This document shows, piece after piece, positions 26,118 through 37,571 of a stretch of DNA of 64,000 nucleotides (position 1 is the stretch's first letter; each line of letters opens with the position of its first letter). The notes below the pieces were generated by a model. That model ran no database searches. It worked only from the letters and a program-made list of their open reading frames with translations, and was not told where the DNA came from. Origin of the DNA: Squalus acanthias (Eukaryota); the NCBI GenBank assembly GCA_030390025.1, contig CM059432.1, positions 97,280,001 through 97,344,000 of the forward strand, written 5' to 3'. The position numbers were made by a program, and so were the translations under genes.

Positions 26118-27099
26118 ATACCATTTAGAGGGATGGATGAAGGTACAAGGGATTTTGGGCTGTGTTGTGTTGTGTAGGAGTTGTGCAGGGTGACAATGTA
26201 AAGTGGTGTGAATGTGATGAGACGCACAACAGCATCAAGGTAATTGTGGCTTAATACTCACTTTTCCTGATCTTACTAGATCATTGAACTGACATCCCCG
26301 TAACCTCCTGCAATATTTGCAGCCACGCTGCCTTTGTCTGCTGGGGAGGCCTCTTCCTGCCGTCCAGGTAGGCGACATCGCGGCCCTAATGCAGAATGTG
26401 CGCGCGCATGTCACCTGCCATGTTGGATACTTAGGTGCCTGTTTTACACCTGTATCAATGAATTTTTAGACTTGTAACTTCCAGTTAAATGCCTTAGTTT
26501 ACCTTGAGTTATAATGACATATGTATTGTGGGAGCCACTTTTCACATCCCGTTTTCTTTAAGGATTTGTACTCTCTACTCAGTTTTTTTGTGTTATTGGT
26601 AACAATGATCCAACTGCATACATCCGAACAAAAATGTTTCTCCATTGTCTGGTCTGGAAAACCTATGCATTCCTTAAACTTTACTTACGCAATCAACATA
26701 CCTGTAGTGTGTGGTCTGAATAAGCAGAAAAATACTGGGCATTACTGCTTCGCAAACATTGGGAGATTCGCATGAACAGCGAAAGCCCTTTGTTAAGATG
26801 TAGCATGCATACTATATCGATTCCAAATTCTAAACTGGCAAGCTTCCAGCAAGATCTAGATGAGAGCCATGCTGTTCAATATTCCACTCCCCACATGTCC
26901 AAATAATCAATACTACAAGGCAGAAAATTTCACCCAGCAAATCTGATGAGACATACTTCTACTACATAATTCCATAAACATTTTAGCATGTATTGGGAAG
27001 ATTTAGCATGTGCTAATAGGACTGTTGAAATTTTTGAAACCTGTCAACCCGGTCTTATCATGATATGATTGTATTTTACTTTTCCATGGAATACAATTC

Positions 27100-29700
27100 C
27101 ATGAAACATAGAAACATAGAAGATAGGAGCAGGAGTAGGCCATTCGGCCCCTCGAGCCTGTTCCACCATTTAATGAGATCATGGCTGATCATCCAAATTC
27201 AGTACCCTGTCCCTGCTTTCTCCCCATATCCTTTAATCCCTTTAGCCTTAAGAAATATATCTAACTCCTTCTTGAATATATTTAATGAATTGGCCTCAAC
27301 TGCCTTCTGTGGTAGAGAATTCCACAGGTTCACCACTCTCTGGGTGAAGAAATTCCTCCTCATCTCAGTCCTAAATGGCTTACCCCTTATCCTTAGACTG
27401 TGACCCCTGGTTCTGGACTCCCCCGCCATCGGGAATATCCTTCCTGCATCTAGTCTGTCTAGTCCTGTTAGAATTTTATAAGTTTCAATGAGATCCCCTC
27501 GCATTCTTCTAAACTCTAGCGAATATAAGCCTAATCGACCCAATCTCTCTTCATACGTCATTCCTGCCATCCCAGGTATCACTCTGGTGAATCTTCGCTG
27601 CACTCCCTCCATGGCAAGAACATCCTTCCTCAGATAAGGTGACCAAAACTGCACACAATACTCAAGGTGTGGTCTAACCAAGGCCCTGTACAACTGCAGC
27701 AAGACATCCTTGCTCCTGTACTCGAATCCTCTCGCTATGAAGGCCAACATACCATTTGCCTTCTTAACCGCCTGCTGCACCTGCATGCTTACCTTCAGCG
27801 ACTGGTGCACAAGGACACCCAGGTCATGTTGCAATTCCCGTTTTCCCAATCTATTGCCGTTCAGATAATAATCTGCCTTCCTGTTTTTGCCTCCAAAGTG
27901 GATAACCTCGCATTTATCCACATTATACTGCATCTGCCATGCATCTGCCCAATCACCCAACCTGTCCAAATCATACTGGAGTTTCTCGGCATCCTCCTCA
28001 TAGCACACACGCCCACCCAGCTTTGTGTCGTCTGCAAACTTGGAGATATTACATCTAGTTCCCTCTTTTAGATCATTTATATATATTATGAATAGCTGGG
28101 GTCCTGGCACCGATCCCTGCGGTACCCCACTAGTCACTGCCTGCCACTCGGAAAACGACCCATTTATTCCAACTCTTTGCTTCCTGTCTGCCAACCAGTT
28201 CTCTATCCAAGTTAGTAGCTTACCCCCAATCCCATGTGCTTTAACTTTGCATGCTAATCTCTTATGTGGGACCTTATCGAAAGCCTTCTGAAAGTCCAAA
28301 TACACCACATCCACTGGTTCTCCCTTATCTATTCTACCAGTTACATCCTCAAAAAATTCCAGTAGATTAGTCAAGCAAGATTTCCCTTTTGTAAATCCAT
28401 GTTCACTTTGTCCGATCCTGTCACTGTTTTCCAAGTGCTCTGCTATTACATCTTTTATAATGGACTCTAGCATTTTCCCCACTACCGATGTCAGGCTTAC
28501 CGGTCTATAATTCCCCGTTTTCTCTCGACCACCTTTTTTAAATAGTGGGGTTACATTAGCTACCCTCCAATCCATGGGAACTGTTCCAGAGTCTATAAAA
28601 TTTTGGAAGATGGCCAGCAATGCATCTACTATTTCTCAGGCCACTTCCTTAAGTACTCTAGGATGTAGATTATCAGGCCCTGGGGATTTATTGGCCTTCA
28701 ATCCCGTCAATTTCCCTAACAACATTTCCCTACAAATACTGATTTCATTCAGTTCCTCCTTCTCATTAGACCCTATGTTCCTCGACATCTCTGGGAGGTT
28801 ATTTGTCTCCTCCTTTTTGAAGACAGAACCAAAGTATGTATTTAATTGGTCAGCCATTTCTTTGTTCCCCATTATAAATTCCCCTGATTCTGACTGCAAG
28901 GGACCTGTGCTTGACTTCACCAATCTTTTTCTCTTCACATATCTATAGAAGCTTTTACAGTCAGTTTTTATGTTCCCTACTCTCATATTCTATTTTCCCC
29001 TTCTTAATTAATCCCTTTATCCTCCTTTGCTGAATCTTAAACTGCTCCCAATCCTCAGGTTTGCTGCTTTTTCTGGCCAATTTATATGTGCTCTCCTTGG
29101 ATCTTATGCTATCCCTAATTTCCCTTGTTAGCCACGGTTGAGTCGCCTTTTATGTTTTATTTTTATGCCAAACAGGGATGAACAAATTCTGTAGTTCATC
29201 CATGCGATCTTTAAATGTTTGCAATTGCCTATCCACCGTCAACCCTTTAAGTAATACTCTCCAATCCATCCTAGCCAACTCGCGCCTCATACCATCGTAG
29301 TTTCCTTTATTTAAATTCAGGACCCTAGTCTCTGAGTGAACTACTTCACTCTCCATTTTAATGTAGAATTCTACCATATTATGATCGCTCCTCCCCAAGG
29401 GGCCTTGCACAAGATTGCTAATTAATCCTTTCTCATTACATAATACCCAGTCTAAGATGGCCTGATCTCTAGTTGGTTCCTCGACATATTGGTCCAGGAA
29501 ACCATCCCGTATACACTCTAGGAATTCCTCCTCCACAGTATTGTTACTAATTTGGTTAGCCCAATCTATATGTAGATTAAAGTCACCCATGATAACTGCT
29601 GTGCCCTTATTGCATGCGTCTCTAATTTCCCATTTAATGCCATCCCCAACCTCAGCATTATTGTTTGGGGGTCTGTATACAACTCCCACTAACGTTTTCT
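27100..29700 (-). mobile_element. CR1 LINE, 5'-truncated within the endonuclease
   Basis: ORF2 pieces at 29150-29689 (VVYRPP, MGDFN), 28636-28986 and 27199-28620. Octamer-type 3' tail (TTCTATGT)n. Confidence 0.92.
27199..28620 (-). CDS. CR1 ORF2 reverse transcriptase and C-terminal domain (partial)
   Basis: NYRPVSLTS, YLDFQKAFD, GVPQGS, KFADD, LVRPHLEYCVQFWSP. Confidence 0.9.
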   Translation of the reverse strand: MLAIFQNFIDSGTVPMDWRVANVTPLFKKGGREKTGNYRPVSLTSVVGKMLESIIKDVIAEHLENSDRIGQSEHGFTKGKSCLTNLLEFFEDVTGRIDKGEPVDVVYLDFQKAFDKVPHKRLACKVKAHGIGGKLLTWIENWLADRKQRVGINGSFSEWQAVTSGVPQGSVPGPQLFIIYINDLKEGTRCNISKFADDTKLGGRVCYEEDAEKLQYDLDRLGDWADAWQMQYNVDKCEVIHFGGKNRKADYYLNGNRLGKRELQHDLGVLVHQSLKVSMQVQQAVKKANGMLAFIARGFEYRSKDVLLQLYRALVRPHLEYCVQFWSPYLRKDVLAMEGVQRRFTRVIPGMAGMTYEERLGRLGLYSLEFRRMRGDLIETYKILTGLDRLDAGRIFPMAGESRTRGHSLRIRGKPFRTEMRRNFFTQRVVNLWNSLPQKAVEANSLNIFKKELDIFLKAKGIKGYGEKAGTGY

Positions 29701-30569
29701 ATCCCTGTTTTCTGCCCCTGGAAACCTGTCCCCTTCCAATAAAAATTTGTGGCATGTCAATATGATTATTTCTGAGGTGAACTAAAGATTTGGCTGTTCT
29801 ACTGTGACTAGTTTTTCACTTTTAAATGTCATAGCAAAGAAGTATTAGCATTGCAGTGTTATTCATGTACTCACTGTGTTCTGAAGCACTGAAAACTTTT
29901 TGTTAAATACACATATGGAATCCTATATGTTGTACTTTAAGAAATGGGCATGTAAAAATATGGTTAAAGGTCTTAAATGAGAATATTCTTGACTTTGTGC
30001 TCTTATCCGTATACTAGCTATGCCAAGGGGCAGAGATCAGTGAAAGGCCAAGCAGAATAAATAACTCACAATTTGTAATGTACGGTTGTAAATACCAAAC
30101 ATATTTTACTGTAAATCTCTTTCACTGTTATATAATAGTTCAGTATGACTGCACAAGAAGAAAAGGAAACCAAAATATGATTATTATTTCTATAAAATAT
30201 GTTTGATTCAACTGCATGTGTCACTTTATTACTTACAGTGCAAAATAATAAGAAGTTTAAAAGAATCATGATAATGCACCTGAGCTGTTGCAACATGCCC
30301 AATCTGAATGGACCCCAGTTCCACTTTATTTGTATGACATTGTAAAATCGTACATTTCTAGAACATAATTCTTGTTCAAGCATGTGATCTGATTTCCTCT
30401 CATGGCTTAGAAAAATTACTGATCTGATCCAGGAGTCCATAGATATATCTTGGAGCTGTAGTGTTAAATGAAAAGCAACGACTCTCTTAAAAGCAGCAAT
30501 TTTAACACGGGCTCCAAAATTGTATTCCTAAAGTGCAGTAGGATTGGCATTATGAGATGAGCAAGGAAG

Positions 30570-32775
30570 GAGAGAGCCAGAATTAATTGAAAGGAGAGTT
30601 TCAGCTTTAACTGGGGGGAGTGGGAAAGAGATTGCCAGCTCGAATGGGAGAAAAGATGAGTTCCACCTAGAATAGATGACCAGATGAATGTCAGCTTGAT
30701 CTGGGGGAGAAGAGTGACAGTTTGAATCATAGAATCATAGAAATTCACAGCACAGAAGGAGGCCATTCGGCCGGCAAAGAGCTATCCACCCTAATCCCAC
30801 TTTCCAGCACTTGGTCCGTACCCTTGTAGGTTACGGCACTTCAACTGCATATCCAAGTACTTTTCAAATGTGATGAGAGTCTCTGCCTCTAGCACCCTTT
30901 CAGGCAGTGAGTTCCAGACCCTCACCACCCTCTGGGTGAAAACATTTCTCCTCAACTCCCCTCTAAAACTCCGACCAATTATTTAAATCTATGCCCCCTG
31001 GTTATTGGCCCTTCTGCTAAGGGAAATAGATCCTTCCTATCCACTCTATCTAGGCCCCTCATAATTTTATACACCTCAATTGGGTCTCACCTCAGCCTCC
31101 TCTGTTCCAAAGAAAACAACCCCAGCCTATCCAATCTTTCCTCATAGCTAAAATTCCTCAACCCAGGCAACATCCTCGTAAATCTCCTCTGCGCCCCCTC
31201 TCGTGCAATCACATCCTTCCTGTAATGTGGTGACCAGAACTGCATGCAGTATTCTAACTGCGGCTTAACTAGTGTTTTATACAGTTTAAACATAACCTCC
31301 CTGCTCTTATATTCTATGCCTCGGCTAATAAAGGCAAATATCCCATATGCCTTCTTAACCACCTTATCTACCTGTCCTGCTACCTTCAGGGATCTCTTGA
31401 CATACACTCCAAGGTCCCTCTGATCTTCTGCACTTCTCAGTGTCCTACCATTTATTGTGTATTCCCTTGCCTTGTTAGCCCTCCCCAAATGCATTACCTC
31501 ACACTTCTCCAGATTGAATTCCATCTGCCACTGTTCTGCCCACCTGATTGATATCTTCCTGCAGTCTGCAGCCTTCTTCTCCATTATCAACCACACGGCC
31601 AATTTTTGTATCATCTGCAAACTTCGTAATCATACTTCCTACATTCAAGTCCAAATCATTGATATATACCACAAAAAGCAGAGGACCCAGTACTGAGCCC
31701 TGTGGAACCCCACTGGGAACCACCCTCCAGTCACAAAAACACCCATCAACCATTACCCTTTGTTTCTTGCCTCTGAGCCAATTTTGGATCCAACTTGTTG
31801 CTTTGCCTTGGATCCCATGGGCTTTTACTTTTGTGACCAGTCTGCCATGTGGGACCTTGTCAAAAGCCTTGCTAAAATCCACACAGACTACATCAAACAC
31901 ACTACCCTCATCGACCCTCCTTGTTGCCTCCTCAAAAAATTCAATCAAGTTTATCAGACACAACCTTCCCTTGACAAATCCATGCTGACTGTCCCTGATT
32001 AATCCATGTCTTTCTAAATGAAGATTTATCCTGTCCCTCAGAATTTTTTCCAATAATTTTCCCACCACCGAGGTTAGGCTGACTGGCTTGTAATTATTTG
32101 GTCTATCCCTTTCTCCCTTTTTAAACAACGGTACCATGTTAGCAGTCCTCCAGTCCTCTGGCACCACACCTGTAGCCAGAGAGGATTGGAAAATGATGGT
32201 CAGAGCCGCCGCTATTTCCTCTCTTACTTCTCTTAAGAGTCTGGGATACATTTCATCCAGGCCTGGCGATTTATCCACTTTCAAAGATGCTAAACTCCTT
32301 AATACTTCTTCTTTCACTATGTTTATTTCATCTAATATTTCATACTCCTCCTCCCTGATTACAATGTCTGCATCGTCCCTCTCTTTTGTGAAACCAGACG
32401 CAAAGTATTCATTAAGAACTGTACCCATGTCTTCCGCCTCCACACACAGGTTACCTTTATGGTCCCTAATAGGCCCTACTCTTACTTTAGTTATCCTCTT
32501 GCTCTTAATGTATTTATAAAACATCTTTCATGAATGGGGAAAAGGCGGGAGATAGTATCAGCTTGAACTGAGCTGGAGGAGGAGAAATGTGTCTGGTTGA
32601 ATTGAGGGGGAGGGGAAAAGGGTATCAGCTTGAACTGAGGGGGAAAGAGGAATGTCAGCTTGAACTGGATGGGGAGGAAGAAGAATGCCAGGTTCAACTG
32701 GGCTAGAGGAGGAAAAAGTGCTAGGTTGAACTGAGGGAAGAGAGAGAAAAGAGTGCCAACATGAACCAGGTTGCC
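30570..32775. repeat. Degenerate ~30-35 bp minisatellite (TCAGCTTGAACTG core plus purine tract), in two halves around a CR1
   Basis: Units visible at ~30570-30725 and ~32530-32775. Confidence 0.6.
30725..32528 (-). mobile_element. CR1 LINE (second subfamily), 5'-truncated and frameshifted
   Basis: ORFs 31499-32524 (DFSKAFD, GVPQGSVLGP, FADD) and 31087-31620. Tail (ATTCTATG)n. Confidence 0.9.
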
Positions 32776-34427
32776 GGGTGGGGGGGGGGGGAATTTTAGA
32801 GGGGAGGATTGCAAGCAAGAACTGGGAGAAAATGTTTTAAATTATAAAGAAAAATAATGATTTCCAAAATGTCAAATAGAGAGTAGTTTTTTGAGGAAAT
32901 TTGCCTTTCCTTTTAGATGAAATGGTATTGGGTGAGGGATAAATGTTGGGCAGAACAACTTCCTGCTTTTCTTTGAATTGTGCTATAAGACCATTTATGC
33001 TCACCTGAGAGGGCACGTGAGCCCTCAATTTAAAATCTCATCCAAAAGGCGGTGGGCTATGAATAATTGGACAGCCTCCGAAAACCAACGCAAGGATAGC
33101 GATGTGCGATTAACCCACGCACATTGAGTGGAATGCAGGCAGCACGCCAACTTCGTGCTACCTGCTAATTATAATGATTTCTGAATGCAGCCAGCACTTC
33201 CTGCATTGTTCATTGGCTGCACGCAGCAGCAGGGGGGCCCAATACCATTAGTAACTTGCATTACTTAAAGCTAGCCTGCACTATTTAAAGCTAGCCTGCA
33301 CCTCTTAAAGGGGAGGTGCATTGTGGCTGCAGCAGATGCTGGGAGTTGTTCTGCAACTGAATTTAACTTGGGAAAGAGAGAAGAATGGCTGACCATGGGA
33401 GAGAGCGGGCCCCCAGGCTGCACTGGAGATCTTGGTGGAGGAGGTGGAAAGGAGGACAGAAGTCTTGTATCCTCACTGGGGCAGGAGGCCCTCCAGACAC
33501 ATGATGAGAAGGCAGAAGGAATAGATAGCCACAGAGTTTATGCCAGGAGTGCAACTCCAAGGAACTGGATGCAGTGCCGGAAGAAGTTTAATGACCTCAC
33601 ACAAACGGTCAAGTTCAGTGAGTACATCATCAAATGCCACATCCTACCAACTGTACCACTAGCCTCAGCCACTGCTCAATTCACCACACCCCCATCACTC
33701 AACTACCAACAATCTCTATCAATCAGACTCATATCTAACATTCATATGCTTCACCTCAGTCTCACACACCTAGCATGGTTGCAAACTCACACCCATATCT
33801 CACAGCTTGCACACACTGCCAGCTATTCAACCTTGACCCAAACAGATTGCACAACACTCACTGACACAACTTTGGATGCTGGAAACCTGAAATAAAAACA
33901 GAAAATGCTGGAACTACTCATCAGGTCAGGCAGCTTCTGTGGAGAGAAAAACAGAGTTAACAGCTGGAATTTTCTTTACCTTGGCGGGTCTGGTGTGGGC
34001 GGTGGCCATATTGGGTCCCGACCCCACTGCTGGCTCCATCCCGCTGTTGAAAATGAAGTTACCTTACTAGGGCCTATTAAGCCTGCCCAGCACGTTACCC
34101 AGCCCAATTAGATGGAGCAGGTCTGGTGACGTCATTCATGACATGTTTTCAGCCGGGATCTTTAAAGGGACCATGGCCACATTACATTTAAAATTTACTC
34201 TAACAAAATGGGTGTTGAATCTTTACTCTACAATAATATAATAAAAGTTATATATGAGTGACAAAGAAATATTTAAATAATATTATCATTACATAATATT
34301 ATGCCATCTAAAGATACGATCAAGAACATAATTTAAAAATGATGTGGAGATGCCGGTGTTGGACTGGGGTAGACAAATGTAAGAAGTCGCACAACACCAG
34401 GTTATAGTCCAGCAGTTTTATTTGAAA

Positions 34428-34464
34428 TCACAAGCTTTCGGAGCGCTGCTCCTTCGTCAGGTGA
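34428..34464 (-). ncRNA. Minimal type I hammerhead ribozyme motif (3' pLTR)
   Basis: UCAC-CUGACGA-AGGAGC agc GCUCC-GAAA-GCUU-GUGA: conserved core, stem I UCAC/GUGA, stem II GGAGC/GCUCC, palindromic stem III AAGCUU. Confidence 0.8.
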
Positions 34465-34772
34465 AGTGAAGAGATACATATAGGCACAGCATATATAGCC
34501 AGAGAACACAGCCAGATGATTACAGTTAATCTTTCCAACTGCCCTTTAATCACACCTCGGCAGAGAGATAATCACGGCAATCAAAGGTGTGGATGGTGTC
34601 CAAACAGGTCAGTCAGGAAAACATTACATCAAAGACAATGTGGCAGATGCTGGGGTCTGTATGAAAAACAAAAAACTTTTTTTGCTGGAAATCACAGCAG
34701 GTCCGGCTGCATCTGTGTAGAGAGAACAAGCCAATGACGACTCGAGTCTGGATGACTCTACGTCAGGTGGGG

Positions 34773-37448
34773 TTACATGTAGCGTGACATGAACCCAAGA
34801 TCCCGGTTGAGGCCGTCCTCATGGGTGTCGAACTTGGCGATCAGTTTCTGCTCGATGATTTTGCGTTGTCATGTGTCTCGAAGGCCGCCTTTGAGAACGC
34901 TTACCCGAAGATTGGAGGCTGAATGTCCTTGACTGCTGAAGTGTTCCCCGACTGGGAGGGAACACTCCTGCCTGGCGATTGTTGCGCAGTGTCTGTTCAT
35001 ACGTTGTTGCAGTGTCTGCATGGTCTCGCCGATGTACCATGCTCCGGGGCATCCTTTCCTGCAACGTATGAGGTAGACAACGTTGGCCGAGTCACATGAG
35101 TATGTACCATGTACCTGGTGGGTGGTGTCCTCACGTGTGATGGTGGTGTCCGTGTTGATGATCTGGCATGTCTTGCAGAGGTTGCCGTGGCAGGGTTGTG
35201 TGGTGTCGTGGTCACTGTTCTCCTGAAAGCTGGGTAATTTGTGCGAACGATGGTACTTTTGAGGTTAGGCGGCTGTTTGAAGGCGAGTAGTGGAGGCGTG
35301 GGGATGGCCTTAGTGAGGTGTTCATCGTCATCGATGACATGTTGAAGGCTGCGAAGAACATGGCATAGTTTCTCCGCTCCGGGGAAGTACTGGACGATGT
35401 AGGGTACTCTGTTGGTTGTGTCCCGTGTTCGTCTTCTGAGGAGGTCTATGCGATTTTTCGCTGTGGCCCGTCGGAACTGTCGATCGACAAGTCGAGCGTC
35501 ATATCCCGTTCTTATGAGGGCGTCTTTCAGCGTCTGTAGGTGTCCATCGCGTTCCTCCTCGTCTGAGCAGATCCTGTGTATTCGCAGGGCTTGTCCATAG
35601 GGGATGGCTTCTTTAACGTGGTTAGGGTGGAAGCTGGAGAAGTGGAGCATCGTGAGGTTGTCCGTGGGCTTGCGGTAGAGTGAAGTGCTGAGGTGTCCGT
35701 CTTTGATGGAGATTTGTGTGTCCAAGAATGAAACCGATTCTGAGGAGTAGTTCATGGTGAGTTTGATGGTGGGATGGAACTTGTTGATGTTATCGTGTAG
35801 TCTTTTCAGTGATTCTTCGCCGTGGGTCCATAGGAAGAAAATGTCGTCGATGTATCTGGTGTATAGCGTTGGTTGGAGGTCCTGTGCAGCGAAGAAGTCT
35901 TGCTCGAACTTGTGCATGAAGATGTTGGCGTATTGGGGTGCGAATTTGGTCCCCATGGCTGTTCCGTGTGTTTGGGTAAAAAACTGGTTGTCGAAGGTGA
36001 AGACATTGTGGTCAAAGATGAAGCGGATGAGTTGTAGGATGGCATCTGCCGATTGGCTGTTGTTGGTGTTGAGTACTGAGGCTGTCGCAGCGATGCCGTC
36101 ATCGTGGGGGATACTGGTGTAGAGTGCCGAGACGTCCATCGTGGCGAGGAGTGTTCCTGGTTCAACTGGTCCGTGGGTGCTGAGTTTCTGTAAGAAGTCT
36201 GTAGTGTCGCGACAGAAGCTGGGGGTTCCCTGTACGATGGGTTTCAGGATGCCCTCGACGTATCCAGAGAGGTTCTCACACAGGGTTCCATTGCCTGATA
36301 CGATAGGACGTCCGGGTGTGTTGGCTTTGTGTATCTTTGGGAGGCAGTAGAAGTCTCCCACACGGGGAGTACGTGGGATGAGAGCGCGTAGGATGCTATG
36401 AAGGTCTGGATCGAAGGTCTTGATCAGTCTATTGAGTTGGCGGGTGTGTTCTTTGGTCGGATCTGCGGGTAACTGTCTGTAGTGTTCCTGGTTGTCCAGT
36501 TGTCGGTATGCTTCTTTGCAATAGTCCATTCTGTTCTGTATGACGATGGCTCCTCCTTTGTCCGCTGGTTTGATGACGATGTTGCGGTTGTTCTTGAGAG
36601 CGTGGATGGCGTTGCGTTGTGCTCGGGTGACATTCTGGACTGTCTTGTGAGTGTGGCTGATGAATCTGGCATTGATGCATCTCCTGACAGCTTGAGCATA
36701 CATGTCAAGCTTAGGGCAGCGACCCTCCGGAGGGGTCCAATTTGACTCTTTCTTCTTCGGTTGCTGCACTGCAGGTCCCTCTGTCTGCTGTTCCGGATCA
36801 TTGATTGTCTCATTGGGTTCGCTGCTGACATCTTGGGATTCGTGGAAGAATTCCCAGAGCCTCATTCTCCTGATGAATTCCTCTGTGTCTGCCGCGAGAT
36901 CGATGGGGTCCATTTTGGTGGTGGGGCAGAAATTGAGCCCTCGGCTGAGAACTTCGATTTCATCTGGTTGAAGGGTGTGGTCGGACAAGTTGACGATGGA
37001 CTTCCCTGTGGTTGCAACCATGGTACCGGGGGAGGCTTGGTTGCTGCTGGTGGTGATGCCGAGTTTCTCAAGCTTCCTGTTCTTGGTGTGCATGTAGGTA
37101 GCGTAGTTCCGTTGCCTCATCTGTTTGGCGGTGTCTCATAGCTGGTCTGCTGTGTCCTGAGCTCAGGCTGAGAGCATGGACTCTATCTTGGTTTCGAGGT
37201 TGCGGCGTCTGCTGTAGAGCTGGCGTACGAGTTGGTTGAGGAGTGTGCGAGAGGTACGACGGCAGAGTCTCTCAGCATAGTCTGTGTTGTATGTCGACTT
37301 GAGTGGGTTCGTGATCTGTAGTCCTTTCAGGATCTTGTCTGCTTTCTTGCATCTCTGTAGAAACTTGATGTCTGTGTCGATATGCGCGATCTTCTTGGAG
37401 ATCCTCTCCACTTTGAGCCGGCAGTTTGTGGTGTCGATAGTAGCCATG
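34773..37448 (-). pseudogene. Penelope RT/GIY-YIG polyprotein, broken near 37160 and frameshifted near 35240
   Basis: 707-aa ORF with IKPADKGG, LPKIHK, RPIVS, MDVSALYTSI, GTAMG, YIDD. The shifted frame reads PCHGNLCKTC...NVVYLIRCRKGC..WYIGET...GLN. Confidence 0.9.
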
Positions 37449-37534
37449 ATGTGGAGATGCCGGTGTTGGACTGGGGTGGACAAATGTAAGAAGTCGCACA
37501 ACACCAGGTTATAGTCCAACAGTTTTATTTGAAA

Positions 37535-37571
37535 TCACAAGCTTTCGGAGCGCTGCTCCTTCATCAGGTGA
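37535..37571 (-). ncRNA. Minimal type I hammerhead ribozyme motif (5' pLTR)
   Basis: Same motif with a CUGAUGA core. Confidence 0.8.

Larger units (their letters stand above)
22146..26370. mobile_element. PIF/Harbinger transposon copy 2 (same family as copy 1, inverted), other end truncated
   Basis: Starts GGGCTGAATTTT. Transposase on +; Myb/SANT gene on - (exon 3 ~24143-25169, exon 2 deleted, exon 1 remnant ~26260-26370). Confidence 0.85.

Noticed and set aside
27065..28948. Plus-strand ORFs overlapping CR1 and similar antisense ORFs elsewhere
   Set aside because: Shadow frames opposite retroelement or transposase coding sequence.
32530..32775. Repeat-spacer pattern resembling a CRISPR array
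   Set aside because: Repeats are short and degenerate, spacers are low-complexity purine runs, there are no cas genes, and the context is vertebrate.
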